This document shows, one piece after another, positions 26,025 to 34,385 of a stretch of DNA of 64,000 bases. This DNA comes from Chthonomonadales bacterium. Lineage in GTDB: Bacteria > Armatimonadota > Chthonomonadetes > Chthonomonadales > CAJBBX01. The DNA lies in contig JBMFSQ010000010.1 in assembly GCA_049967475.1 (NCBI GenBank), positions 44,788 through 108,787 on the forward strand. Reading direction: 5' to 3'. The notes under the pieces were generated by a model. It was given only the letters and a program-made list of their open reading frames with translations, did no database searches and was not told the DNA's origin. The position numbers and the translations under genes are program-made. Each line of letters opens with the position of its first letter. Position 1 is the first letter of the stretch.

Positions 26025-27377
26025 ATGCACTCCCTGAGAACCCACACCACATCCGATCCCCAAGGCCGCCGCCTCCGTTCAACCAGCCGCACCCCGCTTC
26101 AGCGGCAGACGTACTTTACCGTCGAGGAGAGCGCCCGCATCATCCACAGTTACTTCTCGCTGGAATTCGAGCTGTTCACAACACTCTGCGGCGCCATCGC
26201 CATGATCCCGGAGCTCGAGCTGAAAATCGCCATGGCTCATCACCTGCACACGGCAATGCTGCGCGCCCGCGCCCTGCGAGATCGCTGCTCCGATTTCCTC
26301 ATGCGTGAACCGGAGCGCCAAGTTTTGCCGCAATGGGCGAACTTTGTGCGCCACCTGATGAGCGCTCCCGACGCAGAAACCATCCTGGCGGCTCTCTACC
26401 GTGTAGTCCGCCCTACCCAGCTCAGCACGTATGAGTTCCACTTCCGCAGCACCCTTCCCGTCAATGACGCACCCACCCGAGAGCTGTTCGCGATGCATCT
26501 TCCCGCGCTTCGCGAAGAGGTGGCATGGGGTAGGGCCAGGTTCGGCCAGTGCGGCAACGAAGGTTTCTTGAAGGATCTCCAGAACCACCTGGCGCTCCTG
26601 GGCGGGCCTACGGCGATGTTTGCCGCACAAGGAGCAAACGGCATCCCACACTATCCGGAATGGCGCCCGCCCAAGGAAATGGCCTTGGAAGATCGCTTTG
26701 AGATCCAAAGTGCGGACCGCTATACTTTGCCCGACTGGCCGGAATACGAAGCCATTCCCACGGCATACACCCACTTTACAGAGTTACCGGTGATTGATAT
26801 CTGCGGCGTAATCGTCTATGACGGCCGCAAGTATTCCATGCCCTTCGAGTTCTACCAAGACTTCACCCGCCAAGTATGGGATGAAGCACGTCACACCCAA
26901 ATGGGCATGGACCGCCTTATCGCTTTCGGAGTGGATCCGTACAAAGTTCCGATACCCGTGGGACACTACAGCGTATGGGCCAACATCAGTCTCCTGCATC
27001 GCCTGGCCAGTCTCACCCAGGTAGGGGAAGCCTGCAGTTTCGCGCCCAAGCGGGCTTGGGTAGCAGCCGCATGGAAGCGCCGCGACGCCCTTTCGGCGCT
27101 GGAGCACGAGTACGATATCGTGGATGAACGCACCCACGTAATGTTCGGGGCTCGATGGATCAAAGACCTCATGAAGCGCACAGGCGAGAAGCGTTCAGTA
27201 AAGCGCGTAGTACAGGATGCCGACTGGGAATTCCGCGAGAAGATCAACGCCTTGAGGAAGCAAAAGGGAGAGAATTGGTCTGAAGACTTGGGTTCCCGCT
27301 TCATGGGATGCGGTACGAACACTTCACCCGTCAGCCTGGCTCCCGCTCTGGACGGCATCCCCAACATCATCGCCTGA
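26025..27377 (+). CDS. Double ferritin-like (DUF455-like di-iron carboxylate) domain protein, function unknown
   Basis: The start is set at the ATG at 26025 (SD AAGGAG 8 nt upstream). The C-terminal half carries ExxH-type motifs QVWDEARHTQMG and LEHEYDIVDERTHVMFG. The N-terminal half is a degenerate four-helix-like region (LEFELF...AMAHHLHTAM). Confidence 0.7.
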   Translation: MHSLRTHTTSDPQGRRLRSTSRTPLQRQTYFTVEESARIIHSYFSLEFELFTTLCGAIAMIPELELKIAMAHHLHTAMLRARALRDRCSDFLMREPERQVLPQWANFVRHLMSAPDAETILAALYRVVRPTQLSTYEFHFRSTLPVNDAPTRELFAMHLPALREEVAWGRARFGQCGNEGFLKDLQNHLALLGGPTAMFAAQGANGIPHYPEWRPPKEMALEDRFEIQSADRYTLPDWPEYEAIPTAYTHFTELPVIDICGVIVYDGRKYSMPFEFYQDFTRQVWDEARHTQMGMDRLIAFGVDPYKVPIPVGHYSVWANISLLHRLASLTQVGEACSFAPKRAWVAAAWKRRDALSALEHEYDIVDERTHVMFGARWIKDLMKRTGEKRSVKRVVQDADWEFREKINALRKQKGENWSEDLGSRFMGCGTNTSPVSLAPALDGIPNIIA

Positions 27378-28157
27378 GGGTACTCGGAACCAGGCAAAGT
27401 ACTCGCGGTTCCCGCCGGCGCCGGGCAAGGCGGAGGCGACCACGCCCCGCACTTCCAGCGCCAATTGCTGCGATCCGAACCCAATTACTTTTTCTACGGC
27501 GCGATGCCTTGCCGCTTTGCTCCGAACGACGCCTCTGCTGCCCACCGCCTGGCGTCCCGCCTCGAACTCGGGCTTGATCAGGGCGAGGATATGGCCTCCC
27601 GGCCGCACCAGCCGCGCCACGGCCGGCAGCACCAAGGTCAGTGAAATGAAGGACACATCCACTGCGGCGAGATCGAATGGTTCAGGGAAGTTGGCGGCTT
27701 CCAGGTAGCGGGCGTTGATGCCTTCGTACAGGTGCACGCGCGGATCGGCCCGGAGAGATGGATGCATCTGGCCGTGCCCCACATCCACGGCAGTCACCTC
27801 CGCCGCTCCCCGCCGCAGCAGGCACTCAGTAAAGCCGCCTGCAGCACAGCCCACATCCAGGCAGCGGAGGCGGGCGACATTCAGCCGGAAATGCTTCAAC
27901 GCGCGCTCCAGCTTCGCGCCGCCCCTGCTCACATAGGGCTGGGCTTCCTCGTCCACGGCGATGGGAGCAGACGGATCTATAAAGCTGCCGGGTTTGCGCA
28001 CGACGGCGTCCCCAACCCGAACCAATCCGCGCTGGATTAGGCTTTGGGCGCGCTCACGGCTCGGGGCAAGCCCTCGGGCTACCATGAGGCGATCGAGCCG
28101 ATCCGGCCTGCTTCCGCCCTCCGCAGCATCCGTTGAAGCCACTGCTGCGCTCCTCAC
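27324..28157 (-). CDS. tlyA: TlyA family rRNA (cytidine-2'-O)-methyltransferase
   Basis: S4-like N-terminus RLDRLMVARGLAPSRERAQSLIQRGLVRV and the FtsJ-type SAM motif LDVGCAAGGFT. The start is chosen at the GTG at 28157, which forms a GTGA overlap with the stop of the NIL gene. The GTG at 28142 is also possible. Confidence 0.85.
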   Translation of the reverse strand: MRSAAVASTDAAEGGSRPDRLDRLMVARGLAPSRERAQSLIQRGLVRVGDAVVRKPGSFIDPSAPIAVDEEAQPYVSRGGAKLERALKHFRLNVARLRCLDVGCAAGGFTECLLRRGAAEVTAVDVGHGQMHPSLRADPRVHLYEGINARYLEAANFPEPFDLAAVDVSFISLTLVLPAVARLVRPGGHILALIKPEFEAGRQAVGSRGVVRSKAARHRAVEKVIGFGSQQLALEVRGVVASALPGAGGNREYFAWFRVPSGDDVGDAVQSGSQADG

Positions 28158-28411
28158 AGGTTTACGGTGTCCTTGCCCACAGAGCGCTGGAGGGCATCCA
28201 CTCCAAGGCCTGTGGTCTCCAACCATGCGATGGCGCGCTGTACCTCTTCCAAAGGCCCTTCCAAATCTACTTCGGCCCAGCCAAAATCCTCGGTGATCTG
28301 GGCGCGGCGAATGTTGGGAACCACGTTGAAATCCTTTCCCAAGCGGTACAGTACGGGCTGACGCGCCTGCTCGGGTGTGCGAGTGGTAATGCGTACGGTG
28401 ATGATGGGCAT
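28154..28411 (-). CDS. Stand-alone NIL domain protein
   Basis: 85-aa ORF MPIITVRITTRTPEQARQPVLYRLGKDFNVVPNIRRAQITEDFGWAEVDLEG..., matching the NIL (MetN C-terminal-like) beta-alpha fold pattern. Confidence 0.75.
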   Translation of the reverse strand: MPIITVRITTRTPEQARQPVLYRLGKDFNVVPNIRRAQITEDFGWAEVDLEGPLEEVQRAIAWLETTGLGVDALQRSVGKDTVNL

Positions 28412-28471
28412 GGTACGAAACAGCTCCTTCTGAGGGATCTTGCTTCCTTCGATAATTCGGCTTTGATGAGC

Positions 28472-29311
28472 CTACGGCGCCCCGCGGGGCGTGTCCGGAT
28501 CGCCTTCCGCTGCGCGAAGATAGGCAAGGGATGTGCGCGCGATCGTTTGAGGATCGGGCGAATAATCGAAAACCTCAACAGACACGAAGCCCGAGTACTT
28601 CGTCTCTTGAAGCGCCGCCAGGATCGGCCCGAAGTCTGTGTCTCCGAAGCCAGGACCCCGCCGATTGGCATCGTTGGCATGCACGTGCGCAATCTTGCCG
28701 GCGTACCGATGGATCAAGACAGGGATGGGATCGCGTTCGGCACATGCACTCTTCACGTCGAGGATCGTGAAGGCTGCCGGATGTTCCAGGCGCGCCAACA
28801 CACGCGATGCGTCCTCCAGCGTCAAAATGAAATCCGCTTCGGGTGGAGGCAATGGCTCGATGCATAGGCGGATTGCTCGTTCCGCCGCGCGGTCCAGCGC
28901 AGGACGGATACTTGCACAGAAGCGCTCTTCAGCCTCCTCTATCGAACACCCTTGAGGGATGCGCCTCTGAGCGGGCGAACCGAGCACCATCACTGCTCCC
29001 CCAAGATCTGCGCAAAACTCCGCCAGTGCAACCAGATACGTTGCTGTTGCCTCTCTCACGGCCCGGTCATCGCTTGTCAAAGAAAGGCCCTTTGGAGACA
29101 CGAGGAGCCAATGGAGCCCCACCACCATCAGCCCCGCCCGTTCCGCCACATCCCGCAGTGCGGTTCGGTCACCGGCGCTGAGGTTCCGAACATCCTCCGC
29201 CAGGGTGAACGGTGCCACTTCGATGCCTTCGTACCCAACCTGGGCTGCGAACCGGCACGTGTCCTCCCAGGACCACTGTTGGAACATCTCATTGCATATG
29301 GCGAAGCGCAT
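28472..29311 (-). CDS. Sugar phosphate isomerase/epimerase (xylose-isomerase-like TIM barrel)
   Basis: Start re-set to the ATG at 29311 (MRFAICNEMF). Motifs GYEGIEVAP, LCIEPL and HVHANDANRRGPG are present. Confidence 0.8.
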   Translation of the reverse strand: MRFAICNEMFQQWSWEDTCRFAAQVGYEGIEVAPFTLAEDVRNLSAGDRTALRDVAERAGLMVVGLHWLLVSPKGLSLTSDDRAVREATATYLVALAEFCADLGGAVMVLGSPAQRRIPQGCSIEEAEERFCASIRPALDRAAERAIRLCIEPLPPPEADFILTLEDASRVLARLEHPAAFTILDVKSACAERDPIPVLIHRYAGKIAHVHANDANRRGPGFGDTDFGPILAALQETKYSGFVSVEVFDYSPDPQTIARTSLAYLRAAEGDPDTPRGAP

Positions 29312-29384
29312 GGCGCTTGCTGCTCCTATGGTCGGCGGACCGCCGTAGGAGCGCATGATGATGCGCCCCTACGTATCTGCGGTG

Positions 29385-30224
29385 CTAAAGGTTTATCTCG
29401 CCTACAAACACTTCTTCAGCCGGCCCGGTCATGAAGACGCGGTTATCGCCATTCCATTCCACCAAAAGGTCTCCGCCAAGCAGGTGCACCGTGACTCGCT
29501 TGCCGGTGCGGCCAGTGAGCACGCCCGCCACGACCGCAGCGCACGCTCCGGTGCCGCAGGCAAGGGTAACCCCTGCGCCGCGCTCCCACGTGCGCAGGAC
29601 GATCTCCGAAGGTGAAAGAACTTTGACGAACTGCACGTTCGTGCGCTGAGGGAAGGATTTGTGGTTTTCGATGTGGGGCCCGTATCGCTCCACAGGCAGG
29701 CTGTCCAGCTTCTCCTCGAAAATCACTGCGTGAGGATTGCCCATGGACACTGCAGTGATTTCGAAACGGCGCCCGTCAGCCCGAAGGGCTTCGGCGATCA
29801 CCGGCCCGTTCGTGTCGCCACGCATGGGGATCTCCGAGCGGTTCAAACGTGGTTGGCCCATATCCACGCGCACGGCTTCCACCTTCCCTCCGCGTGTGAA
29901 CAGCTTCAGATGCTTGACGCCTGCCAAGGTTTCGACCTTTACCTGTGCATCCGCGATGAGTTTGCGGTCGTACACGTACTTGGCGAAACAGCGGATGCCG
30001 TTTCCGCACATTTCCGCCTCGCTGCCATCCGGGTTGAACATGCGCATCCGAAAGTCGGCGAGCTTCGAGGGCAGCACGAGGATGAGGCCGTCGCCGCCCA
30101 CACCGAATTTGCGGTCGTTGAGCCTACGGCTGATTTCGGGGAGTTGGTCTTCGGGAAGGGTCTCGTCGAAGCCGTTCACTACCACGAAATCATTGCCGAT
30201 GCCCTGCATCTTTACGAACTTCAC
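29385..30224 (-). CDS. dapF: Diaminopimelate epimerase
   Basis: 279-aa ORF with MQGIGNDFVVV and the two catalytic Cys motifs MCGNGIRC and ACGTGACA. The GTG start has GAGGAG 6 nt upstream. Confidence 0.95.
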   Translation of the reverse strand: MKFVKMQGIGNDFVVVNGFDETLPEDQLPEISRRLNDRKFGVGGDGLILVLPSKLADFRMRMFNPDGSEAEMCGNGIRCFAKYVYDRKLIADAQVKVETLAGVKHLKLFTRGGKVEAVRVDMGQPRLNRSEIPMRGDTNGPVIAEALRADGRRFEITAVSMGNPHAVIFEEKLDSLPVERYGPHIENHKSFPQRTNVQFVKVLSPSEIVLRTWERGAGVTLACGTGACAAVVAGVLTGRTGKRVTVHLLGGDLLVEWNGDNRVFMTGPAEEVFVGEINL

Positions 30225-30313
30225 GTTGCACTCCTCAAGGGCTCCCGGCGGCCTTTCGACACCAGCCGACGAGCGTGTTGTCGCATGCCCTCGATCTCAA
30301 ATGCCACCATCCC

Positions 30314-30622
30314 TCATTCTCCCTGAGCAGGATGAGGCGCGACGGCGACCGGCGCTGTTTCTGTAGGTTGAGGAGCCGATTCACGGTGCGCTTCCGCATA
30401 GAAGCCGGACACAGGCCGCATGGGCACGATGGAGGTAATAGCGTGCTTATAAACAAGCTGCGTAGGTTTGCCCGCGGCGTCCAAAAGCACGGTGAAGGCA
30501 TCAAAGCCACGCACCAATCCGCGGAGCTGCACGCTCCCCACCAGCCAAATCGTTACAGGGATGTTCTCTTTGCGCACCTGGTTCAAGAACACATCTTGCA
30601 GGTTCAACTGGGGCTTGTTCAT
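30314..30622 (-). CDS. hfq: RNA chaperone Hfq
   Basis: Start re-set to the ATG at 30622. The Sm motifs are [40 protein letters not shown] and [12 protein letters not shown], followed by a Pro/Ala-rich tail. It lies immediately downstream of miaA. Confidence 0.9.
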   Translation of the reverse strand: MNKPQLNLQDVFLNQVRKENIPVTIWLVGSVQLRGLVRGFDAFTVLLDAAGKPTQLVYKHAITSIVPMRPVSGFYAEAHRESAPQPTETAPVAVAPHPAQGE

Positions 30623-30667
30623 TCCTTGGCACTCCTCCCTCGGTACAACGATACCAACCAAACCAAA

Positions 30668-31618
30668 CTAACGCACTCCCAACCGCCGGAGGATCTCCTC
30701 CGCCGTCGCTGCCGGATCCATGCCGGAAACGTCCAGCCAATCCACGCCGGGCTCCGCCTGAAACCATGTTATTTGGCGCCTGGCGAACTGCTTTGTACTG
30801 TGCTTGATTTGGGAGACGGCTTCGTCCAGGCCGATTTCCCCTTGCAAGTACCGCACCATCTCTTTGTATCCCAGGCTCCGCATCGCCTGGGATTGTGGCG
30901 GTACGCCGCGCTCCAAGAGCCCACGCACCTCTTCCACGAATCCGGCCTCCATCATGGCATCCACACGCTCTTCGATGCGCCGGTAGAGTGCCTTGCGATC
31001 CATTGTGAGGCCAAACATGATGCGCTTCTTCGGCTTGCGCGCACGAGCGTCGCGCCGGTGCTGTTCGGACACGGGCACGCCGGTGCGGAGCGTCACCTCC
31101 AAGGCGCGGACGATGCGCACCAAATCCCGAGGATGGATGCGCTCGGCCGCGATCGGGTCCAGAGCCCGCAGCCGGTCGTGCAGCTTCTCTGTGCCGTGGA
31201 TGCGGGCTTCCTGCTCGAGGCGGCGGCGAAGATCCAAGTCTGCCGGCGTTCCGGTTAATCCATAGTCGTCCAAAAACACCCGAACGTACAACCCCGTACC
31301 GCCGCAGAGGATAGGCCGGTGCTTCCTGAGCCGGATCCCCGCCAGCGCCTGCTCCGCCAGCTTTTTGAAGCACCCGGCGGTGAAACCCTCCCCCGGATCT
31401 GCAACATCCAACAGGTGAAAGGGCACAATTGCCCGTTCTGAAGGAGCGGGTTTTGCCGTGCCGATGTCGAGACCGCGGTATACGGCCACGGAGTCGGCGC
31501 TGATCACCTCACCTTCCAGGGCCAGGGCTACGCGCAACGCTGCCGCCGTTTTACCGGTGGCTGTAGGCCCCACAATCGCGATAATGGGAAATTCCTCGTC
31601 CGCCGGCATCCTCCGCAT
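30668..31618 (-). CDS. miaA: tRNA dimethylallyltransferase
   Basis: Start re-set to the ATG at 31618 (MRRMPADEEFPIIAIVGPTATGKT P-loop). The sequence is MiaA-like throughout (YRGLDIGTAKP, RRQITWF). Confidence 0.9.
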   Translation of the reverse strand: MRRMPADEEFPIIAIVGPTATGKTAAALRVALALEGEVISADSVAVYRGLDIGTAKPAPSERAIVPFHLLDVADPGEGFTAGCFKKLAEQALAGIRLRKHRPILCGGTGLYVRVFLDDYGLTGTPADLDLRRRLEQEARIHGTEKLHDRLRALDPIAAERIHPRDLVRIVRALEVTLRTGVPVSEQHRRDARARKPKKRIMFGLTMDRKALYRRIEERVDAMMEAGFVEEVRGLLERGVPPQSQAMRSLGYKEMVRYLQGEIGLDEAVSQIKHSTKQFARRQITWFQAEPGVDWLDVSGMDPAATAEEILRRLGVR

Positions 31619-31742
31619 GGAATCCTCGCTTAGTATAACACAATCAGTATGGGCCAACAAGGAGATGGACGCTTCGCCCATCGCGTATAATGCATGCACC
31701 GGAAGCTTGCAGTGCTGCGGCTCTGCGAAGGGGAACGATCTG

Positions 31743-32918
31743 ATGCATTGTGGGATAGACACGTTGGCCGAGCAGCGCTTCGCGATTTTGCACTGTAAGC
31801 GCGTGGGCCTCGTAACGAACCACACCGGAGTGGATGGGCAGGGCACGCGCACAGCAGACCTTCTGCATCAGAACCCTCACGTCCATTTGACGCAGCTCTT
31901 CAGCCCTGAACACGGCCTCCGCGGAGCCGTAGATGCCCAGGTGGCAGACGCGGTAGATCCACGAACCGGTGTACCCGTGGCTTCACTCTACGGCGCTCGC
32001 CTGAAGCCCGAACCGGAACACCTCCAATCACTCGACGCGCTCGTCTTCGACATCCAGGATGCGGGCGTTCGCTTTTACACCTATATCTCCACCTTGGGCC
32101 TCTGCCTTCAGGCGGCTGCTGAGGCCGGCATTTCCTTCATCGTACTGGACCGCCCTAATCCGCTCGGCGGCTACGCAATCGAGGGTCCGATGGCACAACC
32201 CCACCGCCTCTCCTTCACTGCCTGGCACCCTATTCCGGTGCGCCATGGCATGACTGTGGGGGAGCTTGCCCGCTTGTACAACGCAGAGTTGCACCTCGGC
32301 GCGGACCTTACTGTGGTCCCCTGCTCCCGCTGGAAGCCGCACCAGTGGTTCCACCAAACCGGTGTGACATGGACGGGTCCTTCGCCGAACCTGGAGACCT
32401 TTCTGCAGACGTTCCTGTACCCAGGCATGGCTCTTCTCGAGTACACTAACGTGTCCGTGGGGCGGGGAACGAGGGCACCCTTCGAGCAGGTGGGAGCCCC
32501 GTGGATGGATGGTCCCCGGCTTGCACGCCACCTGAACCGGCTGTCCATCCCAAACGTGCGGTTCTTGCCGGTGCGTTTCGTTCCCCAGCGTCCTCCGTTT
32601 TTTGGAGAAACGTGCTGCGGTGTACAGGTAGTGGTAACCCGCCTCCCGGATACTGCGCGCAGGCCCTATTCGTGCCTCCGCATAGGTCTGGAACTCGCCG
32701 CTGCACTCCGCGACCTGTTTCCAGAGGAATGGGACGCCTCGGGTTTCTCGCATTTGCTGGCCAATGACGCGGCGTACGAGGCGTTCCGAGGCGGGGCGTG
32801 TTACGAGGAACTTGCAGCCTCGTGGCGTCCAGACGAGGCCGATTTCCGCCTGCGCCGTGAGCCGTATCTTCTGTACACGCGCGTGGGCAGCAAAGGAAGC
32901 ATCCTCGAGCGCGATTAA
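31743..32918 (+). CDS. DUF1343 family protein (exo-beta-N-acetylmuramidase NamZ-like)
   Basis: Start re-set to the ATG at 31743 (MHCGIDTLAEQRFAILHCKRVGLVTNHTGVD). The motif LFSPEHGLRG and the DIQDAGVRFYTY core are present. Confidence 0.85.
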   Translation: MHCGIDTLAEQRFAILHCKRVGLVTNHTGVDGQGTRTADLLHQNPHVHLTQLFSPEHGLRGAVDAQVADAVDPRTGVPVASLYGARLKPEPEHLQSLDALVFDIQDAGVRFYTYISTLGLCLQAAAEAGISFIVLDRPNPLGGYAIEGPMAQPHRLSFTAWHPIPVRHGMTVGELARLYNAELHLGADLTVVPCSRWKPHQWFHQTGVTWTGPSPNLETFLQTFLYPGMALLEYTNVSVGRGTRAPFEQVGAPWMDGPRLARHLNRLSIPNVRFLPVRFVPQRPPFFGETCCGVQVVVTRLPDTARRPYSCLRIGLELAAALRDLFPEEWDASGFSHLLANDAAYEAFRGGACYEELAASWRPDEADFRLRREPYLLYTRVGSKGSILERD

Positions 32919-32985
32919 GAAGGAATCTCTGCCCGGTTCTCGAATGAATGGGCGAAATCACAAGGTCAAGGGGGTGATAGGGACC

Positions 32986-33123
32986 ATGGAGGCTTATTGC
33001 GTCAAGTGCAAGGCGAAGCGGGAAATGAAGAACCCAACGGCCATCACCATGAAGAACGGCAAGCCCGCCACAACCGGCACATGCGTGGTATGCGGCACCA
33101 AGATGTACAAGATCGGGAAATAG
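32986..33123 (+). CDS. DUF5679-type small zinc-ribbon protein
   Basis: 45-aa MEAYCVKCKAKREMKNPTAITMKNGKPATTGTCVVCGTKMYKIGK with paired CxxC motifs. A purine-rich stretch AAGGGGGTGA lies upstream. An alternative ATG at 32944 is possible. Confidence 0.7.
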   Translation: MEAYCVKCKAKREMKNPTAITMKNGKPATTGTCVVCGTKMYKIGK

Positions 33124-33160
33124 CCTTTATTCCAAGGATGGTGGAGCGTTGATTGATGCA

Positions 33161-33200
33161 ATACGGGCTGCCCGGTGCCGGGCAGCCCGTATCTTGCTTC
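33161..33200 (+). terminator. Perfect 15-bp-stem hairpin after the DUF5679 gene
   Basis: ATACGGGCTGCCCGG (33161-33175) pairs with CCGGGCAGCCCGTAT (33178-33192), followed by CTTGCTTCC. It starts 38 nt after the stop at 33123. Confidence 0.6.
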
Positions 33201-33290
33201 CAGGTGCAGGAACCTGCCGTACCTCTGGTGAAACGTGCCCCTGAAGCTGCGTCAACACCCTTCACAGCACGATGTGGGAGGACAGAACCT

Positions 33291-34061
33291 GTGACACAAA
33301 CAACCGCTGCCATCCAATTGATTGTCTTCGGGGAGCGCAATCGCACAGATTTCGCCGGCGTGCTCCGCGACGTACACACTGCGGGCTTCACCGCATTCGA
33401 AGCCGGAAACCTTTTTGCTGCCCATGGAGAAGCAGAAACGCGACGTCTGCTCGCGGAGACGGGCCTGACGGTATGCGGGGCACATTTCGGCTACGGCGAC
33501 TATGCCGATGCCGAGAAGCTCAAGGCCAATATCGCCTACGCCAAAGCGCTGGGCATCCGCCACATGATGTGTTCCGGCGTGGCCGATGCCAAAAGTGTGG
33601 AAGGTTACCGGGCGTCTTGCCGCATCTTCAATGAGGTAGGAGCCCGGCTCCGAGATGAAGGCATCACCTTCAATTACCACAACCACGCATGGGAATTCGA
33701 GGACCTCGGCGGCACCAACGGCATGCAGATCATCGCCCAAGAAACGGACCCGGCGCTTGTGAAGTTCAACATTGACGTGTTCTGGGTCACCTTCGGCGGC
33801 GAAAGCCCCGTGTATTTCATCAAGCGGCACGCCGAACGGGCCGGATACTACCACTTCAAGGATGGATCGCGCTCGCCTGAGGGTAAGCCCATCTTCCAAG
33901 AACTGGGGCGGGGAATGGTAGACCTGAAGGGAGCCATGGCGGCTGCCCGCGAGGTGGGCAACGCGCAATGGATCGTCGCCGAGCAAGACAGCACGCAGCT
34001 TCCCCATCTGGAGGCTGCCACCATCAGCCGCCGCTACATGAAAGAAGCCCTGGGTATCTAG
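33291..34061 (+). CDS. Sugar phosphate isomerase/epimerase (xylose-isomerase-like TIM barrel)
   Basis: Start re-set to the GTG at 33291 (SD GGGAGGA 8 nt upstream). Motifs GFTAFEAG, ITFNYHNHAWEF and YYHFKDG are present. Confidence 0.8.
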   Translation: MTQTTAAIQLIVFGERNRTDFAGVLRDVHTAGFTAFEAGNLFAAHGEAETRRLLAETGLTVCGAHFGYGDYADAEKLKANIAYAKALGIRHMMCSGVADAKSVEGYRASCRIFNEVGARLRDEGITFNYHNHAWEFEDLGGTNGMQIIAQETDPALVKFNIDVFWVTFGGESPVYFIKRHAERAGYYHFKDGSRSPEGKPIFQELGRGMVDLKGAMAAAREVGNAQWIVAEQDSTQLPHLEAATISRRYMKEALGI

Positions 34062-34120
34062 ACGTCCCACAGGCCTCCGTCCCATTCGGTGGGCTGATGT
34101 GTCCCTCCACCCAAGCCCGC

Positions 34121-34159
34121 GGCAAAACAACGGGCCCGGCCTATCCTTGCACCGGGCCC
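34121..34159 (-). terminator. Rho-independent terminator of the pseudopilin-like / small-ORF transcript
   Basis: GGGCCCGG and CCGGGCCC form an 8-bp stem (34132-34159). On the minus strand it is followed by GTTGTTTTGCC. It lies 22 nt downstream of the small ORF stop. Confidence 0.55.
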
Positions 34160-34180
34160 TCACTCTCTACTCCCCAGCCT

Positions 34181-34351
34181 TTACTTTGCCGGGCCAGGAC
34201 CGATCTTCATGTGCTTCATCATCTCGATCTGTTGCTGAGGAGTTACGTTACTCTTGTAGGGGTTCAGCTTCTTGTACCCGTAAATTGCCACCACGATGAC
34301 CACGATCACAATCAGCACAATAGCCACCGGGGTGCTAATCTCCTTCTTCAT
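34181..34351 (-). CDS. Small single-pass membrane protein (56 aa), below the 60-aa cut-off of the supplied ORF track
   Basis: My own translation is MKKEISTPVAIVLIVIVVIVVAIYGYKKLNPYKSNVTPQQQIEMMKHMKIGPGPAK. It has GC3-rich codons, GGAAGGAG 11 nt upstream, lies 34 nt downstream of the DUF1559 gene, and is followed by a terminator. Confidence 0.5.
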   Translation of the reverse strand: MKKEISTPVAIVLIVIVVIVVAIYGYKKLNPYKSNVTPQQQIEMMKHMKIGPGPAK

Positions 34352-34385
34352 GGCTTCACTCGCTCCTTCCGGAACTCAGGACAGA

